Shown here piece after piece: positions 52,120-64,000 of a stretch of DNA of 64,000 bases. The first letter of the stretch is position 1, and every line of letters starts with the position of its first letter. The DNA comes from Vicugna vicugna (taxonomy: Eukaryota): NCBI GenBank assembly GCA_013265495.1, contig MU058000.1, positions 2,418,001 through 2,482,000 of the forward strand, given 5' to 3'. The position numbers and the translations under genes were made by a program. Under the pieces are notes generated by a model. It made no database searches and was not told the origin of the DNA. It saw only the letters and a list, made by a program, of their open reading frames with translations.

Positions 52120-53530
52120 AACTCAACATTCATTTATTTGTTCCCTCATTCAACAAAGAATTAAGTACATACAATATTCATTTGTAGATTTATTAAATAT
52201 GCTCTGAATGAGTACAAAGTAGTAGACAGTGCTTGCTGCTGAAAAAACAGAGGATTGCTTACAAAGCTGACAGACAGGCAGAAAAACAGATGATTACACA
52301 GGTGACTATAGAGAAACGTAAAAATTTTCATGATAAAATTGCATCATGAGAGCATGGGACTGGAATGGGGGGCTCTTAACACAGTGATAAGGTCAGGAAA
52401 GTCCTCCATTGTGAGGCAATTCCTACTCTCATGTTTAAGAACATGTAGAATGACTCTAGGAAAAGAGAAGAGGTACATGTATTCTAGATACAGAAAATAA
52501 TAAGTGAAATTATGCAGAAACTTAGGGCTTTTATTTTCTTTTCCTCGCTAGTACAGTGAACAGTTAGCATAAGCTAGCAAGAAGGGGCTAGAGATAAATT
52601 CAAGACCAGATTGTTAACAAATCTTGTAGGTCATATTTATGTATTCGTACTTTATCTTATATCATCGTAGGGGGCTATCCGGGGGAAAGATGTTCCTATT
52701 CATAACAGAAATGTCTCTCCTAAAATTGTGAAGAATGAATTCAGTGGGAACCAGAATAGAGGTGAAAACCAATTAGAAGGTTATTGCAGCAGGATGTGAA
52801 AGAAATAAGAGTGAAAGGAAAATGGATAGAATGGGAAGGGGAGATTTGAGATACAATTAAATGCAGACCTGACAGGACTTGGTTATTCACTGTGGATAAT
52901 AAAGAAGAAGGAGTTGAGGATTATGGTCAGATTTCTGAGTCTGATAACTGAGAGAATGGTTGTATTATTTATTGAAAATGCAAGCAGGTTCAGTAGGATT
53001 AATGGAAAATAAGTTCAGTATTATAGGTGTCGAGTCTGAGTATTTATAGAATATCCCTTTGAAATGAGCAAAAAGCAAATGAATATATTGCTGTGCATTT
53101 TACAGAAAAATTTGAGCAAGACAGTGATTTTGGAGACAGCAGTCTATAGTATTGGTAATTTAAGCTATGGTAGTGAATTAACTTGACTGAATGGTGAGAA
53201 GAGAATTTAGGACAGAAGCCTGAAGAATGTAATAATTTAATTACAAGTAAGAGAGAATGAGAGAGTATAAAGTGAAAAAAAGAACATACATAGTGTAGTT
53301 TCATGAAAATGAAAAAAAGTGTAAAGGGAAGTTCCTAAAAGTGTCAGATGTGACCACAGTGAGACAATGTAAGAATGGGAGCTGTCCATGGTGAAGGTGA
53401 ATAGTGGCAGTGCTAAGAGGAGTTAGTTGATGGATGACGTCTAAATCAAAATTGCGGTCAATTTAGTAAAGAGTAGGAAGTTGAGGAAGCAAAAACAATA
53501 ATATAAACAATGCACTTTTAAAATGATTTG
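52120..53530 (-). mobile_element. L2 fragments
   Basis: Begins with the (cattcatt)-type L2 tail, followed by purine-rich L2 body (cagacctgacaggacttgg; gagaatggttgtatt). Confidence 0.6.
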
Positions 53531-56500
53531 TCTATGAAAAGTGGAAAATTGCACTGTGGTATCTCAAAGCACTTCACCACATCAAAACAGGGCTATATTC
53601 AGGTATGTATGTGTGAGTGTATGTATATGTGTACTTACGTACTTACTTATTTTTTTTTTTTTACTGGAAATGAGGAAAAATGTGTGCATTTTGGTTGTGA
53701 AAAATTAAGTAGAGAGTTTTGAATACACAAGTCAGCTGGGATAGTTGATAATAAAATATATTGATAAGAAGATAGAAAAAAATATATTCAGATAGGAGGT
53801 AATTAGAAGCAATACTACCCCATATCTGTTGTGGGTATACACCAAGGAGAATTCAGCAGGATAAAGACAATCAAATGTGTGTTTAGACACACCATTCCGG
53901 CCTCACACTGAATGTGAATTGCAGAGGGGCCAACCTTGAGGCAAGGAAGCCAGGTAAGGGTGTAATGCAAAATTTCAATCAACAAATGATCAAGACATAA
54001 ACAGAATTGGTCATTAAAGAAGTAGGGATGAGGGAGATAACATGGAAGTTTTTGAGGAAGTAAGTGGAGTCTTGGGACTTAGTTTCTGACTAGATATTGT
54101 GAGTGATAAGATGATAGAGGTGAAGCATTGGAACACATACAGAAAGTTCTACAATTTTCCAAATTTTATGATTAGACAATTAGAAAACAAGTATTTATTG
54201 AGTGCTAACTCTGTACTATATACTATGAAGAGCTGGGGGTCAGAGTTAAGCAGAGAGATAATACTCAAAAACTTTGTAGTGTCTAGTTAAGTGTCTTAGA
54301 GGTATGAACAGTGAGTGCGAAAACTTTTAGAAACAGTGCTGTAACCTGGAGCTAGTAATAAGCACAAGAAAGATAATTTTAAGAGAAATAGAAGAAAGAG
54401 AAAACTATGTGTATAAGGCTACCTGCTAAGAATATTGATCTTTGGTGGAGGAACAAGCCAACCTATGGCAAACACACAAGAGGGAAACAAGAGTTTCAAG
54501 AGGTGGAGAGAAGGAATCTCTTAATCTTACTTTCTCACTTCTTTTTTTTTTTTTTTTTTTTGGTTAATGTTCTCCCATAGTCTGTATACTTCACCAGAAG
54601 CTAGAGATCTTGTTGACACTTACTGACAGTTCATATATCTCAACTTTCTTGGGCATTATTAGGGTCATGAAGAGTGAAGAGTGGGTCAGGAATGTGGGTA
54701 ACAGAAGATGTCCAGCAGAAACTATTCAATATTGGAGATATTAAGCTCGAGATAATTCACTTAAAAGGAACTCTCTATTATATTTTCATATATTGGAATC
54801 TGGAAGTCAGCCAAGGCATTTGAGCTAAAAACTATACCTTGTATATTGATGGTTTCTAGGAGATAGCTTTACAGATAACAATTGCCACTATTTATTGAAT
54901 ATTTACTGCATTACAGCATTTGATATAACCTCAGATATTTATATATTTATATAACATCTCTATTACATAAACTATGCATTTTTCACATGAAGGAATTAAT
55001 TTAAAAGAATTGCTTATAATTTATGCAAATAAGTGGCATAACTAGGTCTATGATCTCACTTAATCCCTTCAATACATGTTGGCTGATATTTTAATTATAT
55101 CAAATTAAAAATGCAGTTATTCAAAGAGAATCCCAACAGGATGAGTTTTTTCTTTCTTTTTAACTAAAATATCTTGAGAGTTTGGTATGTAACAAAAATT
55201 TTATAAGTATTTCTTAAATGAATTAAATGAATTGGCCAAGGGCTTACATTAAGCGATCAGTGGGGCCAGAATGCTACATCACACCCTTCTTCTTTATGTT
55301 ATTCCTAACTACCAATCCATGAAGCCAATTCTTTAAAAATAAAGATTTTTAAGCAGATATTAATTACAGTGAAGAAATATAATGTGAAAATAATTAAATT
55401 ATCTAAGCAGTCAGAGAAAATGACCCATCACACACATTGAGGGCGGAGGAAAGTAAGCACTTAAATTGTGGATGCAGCAATGTCTTTATGAATACAGCAA
55501 ATGGTCATTGTGCTAGAGATAGGGTCCCTGGCTGAATTCTCTGAAAACAGGTGGGGTTGACATTATAGAGAATTTTGTCCTTAAAGTCAAGAGACTGTGA
55601 TCTGAAAATAAGTCAGAAAGAACAAAAACAAAAAGTTACACTGGCATTTTCTCTCTCTAGTGATCTTAAATGACATAAGTTTGTCTTATCTCTTTGACAA
55701 CTCATATTTCGTTAATAATGTGAGAAAACTTGTATCAACTATGATAGCTAAATTTTCCTTTGTTGACTTTTAAATGTTAAAAATTAAGCTCTGAAATTTG
55801 TCAGGATCTAGCAAATAGCATGTTCTCTCTAAATTTGGGGTTTTTTTTAAATTGCAAAATGTGGTTAGTGGTCAAGTATTATTATGTAATAACGTGTGCT
55901 TATCTGTAAGATTTGCCTGAAATATAGCTGGTGGTCCTTTTGATGACATATATTTATATGGTCTAGAAATTATTTGCAAATGTTCCTTTGACCAATTTAC
56001 CTAAAATGGTACTTCTTGGCTTGGTCTATCTCCCCATCTCTGTCTCTGCCTTATTTTATTCTCTGGAGAATTTTCCTTATTTGGGATTTCTATATTATGT
56101 GTTTAATTATTTGTTCACTGTTGGTCTTCCAACTAGAATGCACAATTTTTAAAGGGTAGGAATTCGGCCCCCTTTTTACCAGCTTCTGTGTGCTCATTAA
56201 ATGCTTGATGAAAACATAAATGAAAGTTTGAATTCCGTCACTAATATTCATGAGACCAGTTTATGTCATTATTACTAGTTATGACCTAAGCTAAGATCTT
56301 AGAGCATCAAGATTGAAAAGTGAGTTAGAGATTTTAGTCAAAATTCACTTCTACTGGATAGGAATTCATTGTCTAGATCTTTAAAATTTACCGTTCCCCT
56401 CACCCTCCCCTCCCCGGTTGCAAATGAGATCATTCAAATACTACAAACAGGGGACTTACTGTCTGATGCTTTGAGGCACATTTAGTGTGGACTGGGTACA

Positions 56501-57317
56501 TGGTCCCACCCAGTCCTATTAATGCTCCTTGTGGTTTCAGGAGGCAACAAAGCATCAAGTCTATTGACTAGTGTTCGTAGTGTAGTGTTGGCTATGTTGC
56601 ATGTGACTGGGAAATTTTGCCTGAACAAATGAACCCTGTTTCTTTGTGATCATCAAATTATGAAGATACAGTGAATAGTGAGCCATTACTTGAGAATTCA
56701 TTATATACCAGGCACACATGCGTTTTGATGTGGATTATATATTTCACACTCACAGTAGCCTTACTAGAGTGAAAACATTATCTACATTTATAAAATAGGA
56801 AGGTTGTTTTGAGAGGTTAATCAACAACTCACTTTGTAAAACTATTTGGCAGTATCTAGTAAAATTAAACACAGAACGTATCTCTTGATCCAGAAATTAA
56901 GTCTTAAGCATATATTAAATAATTATGTGCAATTATATATACATATATAATGTTCATATATAAATATTCACAACATCACTGTTAGTAATAGCCCCCAAAT
57001 GGAAGCAATCAAATGTTAATTATTAGTAGAATAGAAAAGTGTCTTGTGATTTATTCATGCAATGGGATAGCTATATAGCAATGAGAATAAATTAATTGCA
57101 ACTACACACAACAACAAAGACGACTCTCGTGAGAGTATATGTTGAGCAAAAGAAACCAGACACAAACATACATATTATGAGTCCATTCATGTAAAATGCA
57201 ACACAGGCAAACATAATCTATATTGTTAAAAGTTAGCATAGTACTTACCATGGGAGGTGTAGTGACTGAGCAGGGTTATAGGCAGAGTAGAGAGATTCTA
57301 GATACTTATCTGCTGGA

Positions 57318-57908
57318 ATGTACTATGTTAACTTGATTAAACTATGTAATTTTATTTCTGTCCCTTTTCAAAATAGTTCCAAGTTCAGGTGAAACAAAAG
57401 AGAAAGTTGAACATCAGTAAGTCACCGCTATTCTTCGTCACCACTGTTAGACGTGGGGATGAACGGACACACTGCTGCCCTGCAGGTCCTAGACTATCTT
57501 TTCTGTTACCTACTCTACCGTCAGCTCGTGTTCTAACCGCCAGCCCTTATGACCAGCAGAGAGTCTAGGCCCCCTACCAGGTAGTGGGATAGAAGCCACC
57601 TGGTGGTCACTGCACTGAAGCAAAGATTTCATAAACATCTTTACAAGATCCTCATTCACAATCTCACCTTGTCCGCAAAAGGTGTTGAAACTGTTTTTGT
57701 TTGTGTTTCTGGTAAACTCCAGGCTGTGTCTTTCTCACTAGCGCCTCAGCCAGGCTGCCTAGTTTCCCTCTGTGATCCTCGGACTTTTCATTCCGGATCT
57801 TCATTTTCCCAGTTCCTCCCACGTGTCTATAAAGTATGACTTCACAATAAGTTCTTTATTCACATACTTCTCATAATGAGTCGATTTTGAGTGAAACTTG
57901 ACTGATTG
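57318..57908 (+). mobile_element. ERVL solo LTR, LTR41-like
   Basis: ~590-bp insert interrupting the L1ME. It starts tgtactatgttaacttg…, ends …aaacttgactgattga and carries paired CTCF-like motifs, as I recall for LTR41. Confidence 0.55.
57592..57609 (-). promoter_or_regulatory. CTCF core motif candidate
   Basis: Minus strand reads tgaCCACCAGGTGGCttc, matching the CCASYAGRKGGC core. Confidence 0.5.
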
Positions 57909-58534
57909 ATGGGTAACTTTCCATTTTTCATCAGGGTATTTGTTACATGGATGTGGTCCCTTTTGGAAAAATTAGGCCTTACATTTATGAGTTTTGCACA
58001 TCTTCAGTTATATTTTATGATTTAATTAAATGTTTACTTAATAAACTGCTTCCAGGAATGAGAGAAACATTCAAACCATATTGGATCAAATTCTATTTTA
58101 TTCTGACAACAGATACGTAAGAACTATGTGTTCTTCCACAGGAATAACACTATTTACATTTTTATCTGAGACATCCATGAATCATTTATCAAAATTTTAA
58201 AAATAAGAAATCATTGTATAGTATTGTTTACAATGGTTTTCTCAAACTTCATTAAATGCCTTCTGCAATGCTACATGTAGTTTTCCTTCAATTCGAAAAT
58301 GTGTTTTACTTGAAAGAGCTAAGTGGTTTAAAAACTCAAGTACTTTCCTGGTTTATCATCTGAATGATAAAATTGAGCTGATTAGTGGACATCTGATACA
58401 ATTAAGAACCCATGACTCTTTGCCCAGCAACGTACTAATCACCAAGGAATTCTAAGGACAAAGCAAGGTGTATTTTTTGAATAATAGTTATTGACAAAGG
58501 GAAAAATCAGAATGGACATTTATTCTATAGACAC

Positions 58535-59003
58535 AGCATAAGCTGAATAACATCCTGCAGGGGAATCCAGTTTCTAATCCTTCTAAAGTGTGATTGTTAA
58601 CTTTATATAGCAGGAAGGACTATGCAGATGTGATCTTAAAGTAGCTTGAAATGGGGAGAGTTTCTTGCGTTATCAGGGTGGACCCTAAATGCAATCTCAA
58701 GTATTCTTGTAAGAGAGAAGCAGGGAAAAATTTGACAGAAAGAAGAGGAAGTTGGTGATGTGGTATCGGGTCCATGAGCCAATGAAATGAGGTCCGTCTA
58801 CAGAAGCTGGAAAAGGCAGGAAAGGAAATGAATTCTCACCTAGACTTTTCCAAGAGACCACAACCTTTCCAAAACCTTGATTTGGGCCCAATGAAACCCA
58901 TTCCAGATTCCTGACCTTCAGTATAATAAAAGAATAAATTTATATTGTTTTAAGTCACACAGTTTGTGGGAATTTGTTAAAGCAGCCATAGGAGACTAAT
59001 GCA
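58535..59003 (+). mobile_element. MaLR LTR, MLT1D-like
   Basis: gcagatgtgat…gggtggaccctaaatgcaatc…aataaatttatattgttttaag…gcagccataggagactaatgca. Confidence 0.8.
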
Positions 59004-59134
59004 ACAGGGTTGAGGAAGGGCTGTAAGGAGTTAAATCAGGACATGCATGAAGAATAAGTGGGCTTGTAAACAGAGAGAAACAGAAGGCTGAAGAAACCCA
59101 AACAGAAGTAGCAATAGAGTAGTTTGCATTCTTC

Positions 59135-59464
59135 TAACTCCTAACTCCTAGTGTCTCAGAATGGGATTACATTTGGAGAGAGGATCTTTAAAGCAGCAAT
59201 TACGGTGAAATGAGGTCGTTAGATTGGGCCTAACCCAACGTGACTTGGGTCCTTATAAGAGGCGATTAGGACACACGTGTGAGCACACAGCAGGAAGGCA
59301 GCAGCCAGCTTCAAGCCAGCAAGTGAGGACTCAGAAGAAGACAACTCTGCTCATGCTCTGTTCTTGAACATCCAGCCTCCAGAATTGTGCCAAAATAAAT
59401 CTCTGTCACTTAGCCACCCAGTCTGCTACTTAGTTATGGCAAAGACCTCTAAAAAACGAATACA
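59135..59464 (+). mobile_element. MaLR LTR, MLT1A/B-like
   Basis: gtccttataagagg…catccagcctccagaattgtg…aataaat…gccacccagtctg…aataca. Confidence 0.8.
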
Positions 59465-60214
59465 CTGTCCAAACTGTAAAACTCCAAATCACCTTTAGTG
59501 AAAATGGCAAACTGTGTGTGCTTATCTGATACAGGCACTCAGGATGCAATTACAAATCTGATATTTAATATGAAATACAGAAAAACAATCTCTTTCTTAG
59601 CATTTAAAAAAATTACGCATCTGTTCTAGAGTTTCTTATAATCTAAATTTCTGTACCACTGATTCTCAGACTATAAGCCATGGACCAGGTGATTGAAAAT
59701 CAAATACAGTAAATGTATGAATTCATTTGTATAGCAAATAATAACTCTAGACTAAATGCATAATTTCTGTATGCACCGTATTTCAAACTTTCAAATGTAT
59801 GTAAATAATATTCTGATTTCAAGATACAAAATCATTTATAAGTATTTCTGAATGATTGTAGTGTTGTATCACTAATTAATGAATTCTAAGAAAAAGTTAT
59901 CATGGAAGAGTTCCACCTGTTTTTTGTGTTGTAAAAAATAATCATACTGCATGTGCAGAATCTGCATAAGGAGATCACCTTCAATTTTAAATAAAGCTGG
60001 GGAGAGTATGTCTTTTTCTTTGGAAAAATGGCATAATATATGATCTAGACTCATGGAAGGAAGTGGTGTCTTCCACATTAACAATTTTTAAATCTTTATT
60101 TTCACATGATGAAAAAAGAAGCTGAGACATTTATTATTTCTCATAGTCAAGGACTTAATTATTACTTAATGAGCTGATATCTGGGTCATTCAGTCTAGCA
60201 AAGGCAAGGTAGGA

Positions 60215-60440
60215 TAATTGTTTGTGACCTCTGAAGTTGGCTTAAATGGGTTCAAATTTCAGCTTCCCAATTCACTAGCTGTGTGATATTGAGAAAATGA
60301 AGTCAATGTCTATATCTCAATTTTCAAACCCACAGAATGTGAATGATGAGTCTCCTTCATAGAGATACTGTGAGAATTAAAGGAGAAAAAGCACTCAAAG
60401 CACTTGGCACAGGGTCTACCAAAAAGACACTGAACAAAGT
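60215..60440 (+). mobile_element. MIR SINE
   Basis: gggttcaaatttcagcttcc…ctagctgtgtga…ctcaattttc…gtgagaattaaa core. Confidence 0.7.
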
Positions 60441-61895
60441 TTCGCCTATCGCATTTCTTCTAGCGTTAAGCTAATTTTTCTTTTATAAGCTCTTTACTGC
60501 ATTCACTTACCCAGTCAACTTCCATTCTGGATGCGGAAGAAACATAGTGTGATTGTGAGAATGTTCTTGAAACTTAGTAAGAAAAATTTCAAAGCTCCCC
60601 AGCAGGAAGCAAAACAACTTAAACTCTGCTAATTTCCCTGAAACTAAGTAATTGGATTTACAGCTACAGGATATCTTCCTTTACTGATGCACTTCAATGA
60701 CTCCTGTGAAATCCTTAATTTTTTTCACTGAATCCAAAGCCTTTCAGGACATCAAAACACAATAGCTGGAAAGCATTTTGGCATTGACTCCAAAATATCT
60801 GTTTGTACATTTATTCCAACAATGCTTTGTGATCATTTTCTTTTTGAAAACACAATTGGTAAATATCAAAGAGAATTAATGTGTGTAAAACCTCTTATAA
60901 AAATCACTGATCTTTTCCATCTTTTAATAAGACATAACACCGTTGGAAGAAAAATGTCACCAGGTTAACAATTTAATTCACATAAGGACATACACGATTG
61001 TATATTGCAAAGGAGACTTAGCTTGCTGTAATCATCAGTGAAATCAGTGTAGAATGATAATGGATATCAGCTCTTTAAAATCTACCAGGCAAATGATTAC
61101 CCAATCCATCAGACAAAGAACATTTTTTATTAATTCTCACTCAACATTCAGCAGGATACTTTATACGACTTAATAATCAGTTACTTATTAACATATTTAT
61201 AATTATTTTCTTCCATTTACACCAGCATATTTTATCTTATTTGATTGTTTCTGCCTTTCCCTAGCTCCATCAAAATATTTTGGAATGAAAAACTTTACTT
61301 TTTTTATGGTCTTCTGACATTTCCAATTACCAAGTATTCTCATTTGTGAGAACAATGGCTGGTAAATTCATAAAACAAGACAGAAGCTCATAAATTGAGT
61401 AAGATATTTATAGAACATTATTTCATCTGTGTATTGCAGAACATTTGTGCGTATAACTAAAAATCTGCTGAGTACAAAGACAAGTGATACATCTTTGGAA
61501 GAAAACAATGCAAACTCTCAGTGTACTAAGCATTCTTTTCTTGTTTTCTCTTTCTTGTTCTTTGGTTAACTCTTTTATAAGGGGGAAATTATAACAGCAA
61601 TGGAGGTGTTAAGAAAAATTATTCAAAACTTGAAAATAAGGCCAAAGGAAACCTCCATGTTTCTTGGCCCACAAAAAGATAATGTAATTTTCTAGGGAGG
61701 ATTTGTTTTTATTGTTTGACTTGTTGTTTCTTATTTATTAGGGATCCTAAATTCTGTGAAGTTATTTGTTAATCTTAAAATGTAAATTATTTTATTTTTT
61801 GTTGGTAGCAAATGTACCCAATAGATTATGGTTTTCTTGTCATTTAGGACCTTAATCCATTAGTGTATTTCAGCATTTTTAAAGGGCCTGCTGAC

Positions 61896-62381
61896 TTTTT
61901 TTTTAATTGAAATATAGTTAGTTTACCGTGTTGTATCAATTTCTGGTGTACATCATAATGCTTTAGTCATACGTATACATACATATATTCGTTTTCATAT
62001 TCTTCTTCATTATAGGTTACAACAAGATATTGAATATAGTTCCCTGTGCTACACAGTAGGAACTTGTTTATCTATTTTATGTATATTAGTATCTGCAAAT
62101 CTTAAACTCCTAATGTATCCCTTTCCACCTCCTTTCCCCCTGGTAACCATAAGTTTATTTTCTATGTCTGTGAGTATGCTTCTGTTTTGCAAATAAGTTC
62201 ATTTGCCTTTTGTTTTAGATTCTACATGTAAGTGATATCATATGGTATTTTTCTTTCTCTTTCTGGCTTACTTAACTTAGAATGACAATCTCCATGTCCA
62301 TCCATGTTGTTTCAAATGGCATTATTTTATTATTTGTTATGGCTGAGTAGTATTTCATTGTATAAATATATCACAACTTCT
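61896..62381 (-). mobile_element. ~480-bp L1 3' end, same subfamily as 16153-16659
   Basis: Poly(T) at 61896-61904, then antisense 3'UTR and ORF2 end (…ggctgagtagtatttcattgtataaatatatcacaacttc). No clear TSD. Confidence 0.9.
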
Positions 62382-63039
62382 TATTTATACTCACTCTTTA
62401 GTTCTGTCTCTTTATCATTCTTCTATTTCCTCATTAAAGAGTTGTTTTTGACATATGTTCACTTTATATTGGGAAGCATGTTATTAAGGCTTTGAAAATT
62501 ATACTTTTATTATTCTTATTTTTATAATGAATACTTTGACTTTAAATCTCAAATTATAATTAGACTTTTTAAATTACAATTTATGAAGAAGAGCAATAAT
62601 CATTTGTAAAGCCAGGTAGTTCCTATCAACAAGGTAAAAAAAGCAATGAAAAGAGAGAAAGAGCCACTTATATCAAAGGAATCCACTGGATTTAAGGTAT
62701 GCCATGCTTGTTTGCAACTGTACATTTGCAAAGCACCAAGTATCCTGACCTCTTTCTATAATAGCTCCATTAACTCAGCGAACTTCATCTATATCCCTTC
62801 TTGAGACTTTTCAGATATTTCTAATTTCATCTATTTTTTTCTCTCTTAAAAGAAAGCTACTGTTACTAACTCCTTGGCATAAAGTCACTTTCTGATCCTT
62901 CCTCAGGTGGTAAGTAAGTGGTGTAGATTTGGAAAGGGCATAACGAGGGAAAAGAGAGGACAAACTCCTATCAAGAGTTGGTGGGATTGGCTAGTCTGAG
63001 AAATGTCTCACAGGAGCATATCATTGAAGAACATCTGGG

Positions 63040-63312
63040 GAGGTGATTGGGAAGGTGACAAAGATCATCATCAATGGCTCTCAGTCCAACCTGGAGACCT
63101 CTCGCTTTCCAATTTCATGTATCACATGGAGGTTTGCTGGATTAAGGAAGTGGCAGCCTGACCACGAAAGAGCATTTGTATCTGAAAACTCTCTCTGCAT
63201 TAGTTGATGTTGCTCCTCCAGGCTTTGTTAGAGCACTGGGTCCGGTTTCAGGTACTACTTTTGGGGAAAGGAGCCTATGGACACACCTAAGCGGAAGAAA
63301 ATTAGTCCAGGA
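63040..63312 (+). mobile_element. L3/CR1-like LINE remnants
   Basis: atcaatggctctcagtccaacctggag and agagcactgggtccggtttcaggtactacttt…gtccagg resemble CR1/L3 ORF2. Confidence 0.45.
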
Positions 63313-64000
63313 AAAAAAATGCTTTAAAAGATTTTAACGGTTTGGATTTTGTTTTGTTTTGTCTTTGTTTGTTGTTGGTTTGTTTTTTGTTTGGGGCTTA
63401 TTAGAGCAAAATGTGAGAAATAATTTAGTTACACTCAGTAAGTAAATAGTAAAGTTATTTTGAACAATAAGGTCGTTTTCCTTGCATCAACAATCACTAG
63501 CTTACCTTGAAAAAGGAATTTTTATAAATTCATGTCATTCGGATTTGGAATGGCATTTGACACTGGAAGGCAATCTCACCTCACATTTCTTCAAAGAAAG
63601 ATAGATTCAGAATGTAGTGACTCATCAAAGGCCACACAATTGGTAAGGAGATGGAGAAGGGGCAGTATATTACAGATATAGGAGCACTGTACTGAATTGG
63701 AAGAAACCTGAACTCCAGAGCTCATTTTGCCTTCAAAATTCCGTATCTCAAATGTCAACAACGACATCAAGACAACTGCTTCAACTCTATGTATTCAGTG
63801 AAGGCAGATCTGGCCTAAGGTTGTCTCTCAATCTTGGTACTGAATATTTTCAAATTCAACAATTCTAACAGACACAGAACAAAGCACTTCCAAGGACCAT
63901 AACTGTGATTGGTTTTATTTGATGCCTTTGGAATAAACTGTGAATATATTCATCATGTTTATGTGTCCCATAGCTCTTGGTTGGAGGTTCAGTTGAGGTG

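Larger units (their letters stand above)
56828..58032 (+). mobile_element. L1ME-type 3' end split by an LTR insertion
   Basis: L1ME text at 56828-57315 (actatttggcagtatctagtaaa; gttgagcaaaagaaaccagacaca) resumes at ~57920-58032. Confidence 0.65.

Noticed and set aside
1..64000. CRISPR arrays, operons, tRNA/rRNA genes, retron-like RT systems
   Set aside because: This is mammalian DNA. I saw no regularly spaced repeat-spacer array or structured RNA gene, and the only RT is canonical L1 ORF2p.

Overview
AT-rich, repeat-dense intergenic or intronic DNA from a placental mammal, from a draft assembly with one N gap. No host protein-coding exon, RNA gene or CpG island can be supported. The only recognisable protein sequence is LINE-1 ORF2p (RT domain with YADD plus C-terminus) in a young, 5'-truncated minus-strand L1 at ~38.6-41.9 kb. 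The rest is a layered transposon record: short young L1 3' ends, older L1MA/MC/ME, L2, MIR, L3/CR1, MaLR and ERVL LTRs, ERV1-like solo LTRs and a MER44/Tigger element. I saw no Alu, BovB/Bov-tA, PRE or Can-SINE copies, and the L1 3'UTR style suggests a camelid (inference from memory, not a database match). I found no convincing novel gene system. The best observations are mechanistic: two twin-primed (5'-inverted) L1 insertions, one with a 15-bp TSD and a candidate 3' transduction; a templated duplication at the TSD-less tail of the large L1; a shared 5' breakpoint zone in three short L1 copies; three co-oriented solo LTRs within 2.5 kb; and an LTR41-like element with two convergent CTCF-like motifs. 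Repeat family names are by-eye recognition and old-repeat boundaries are approximate.
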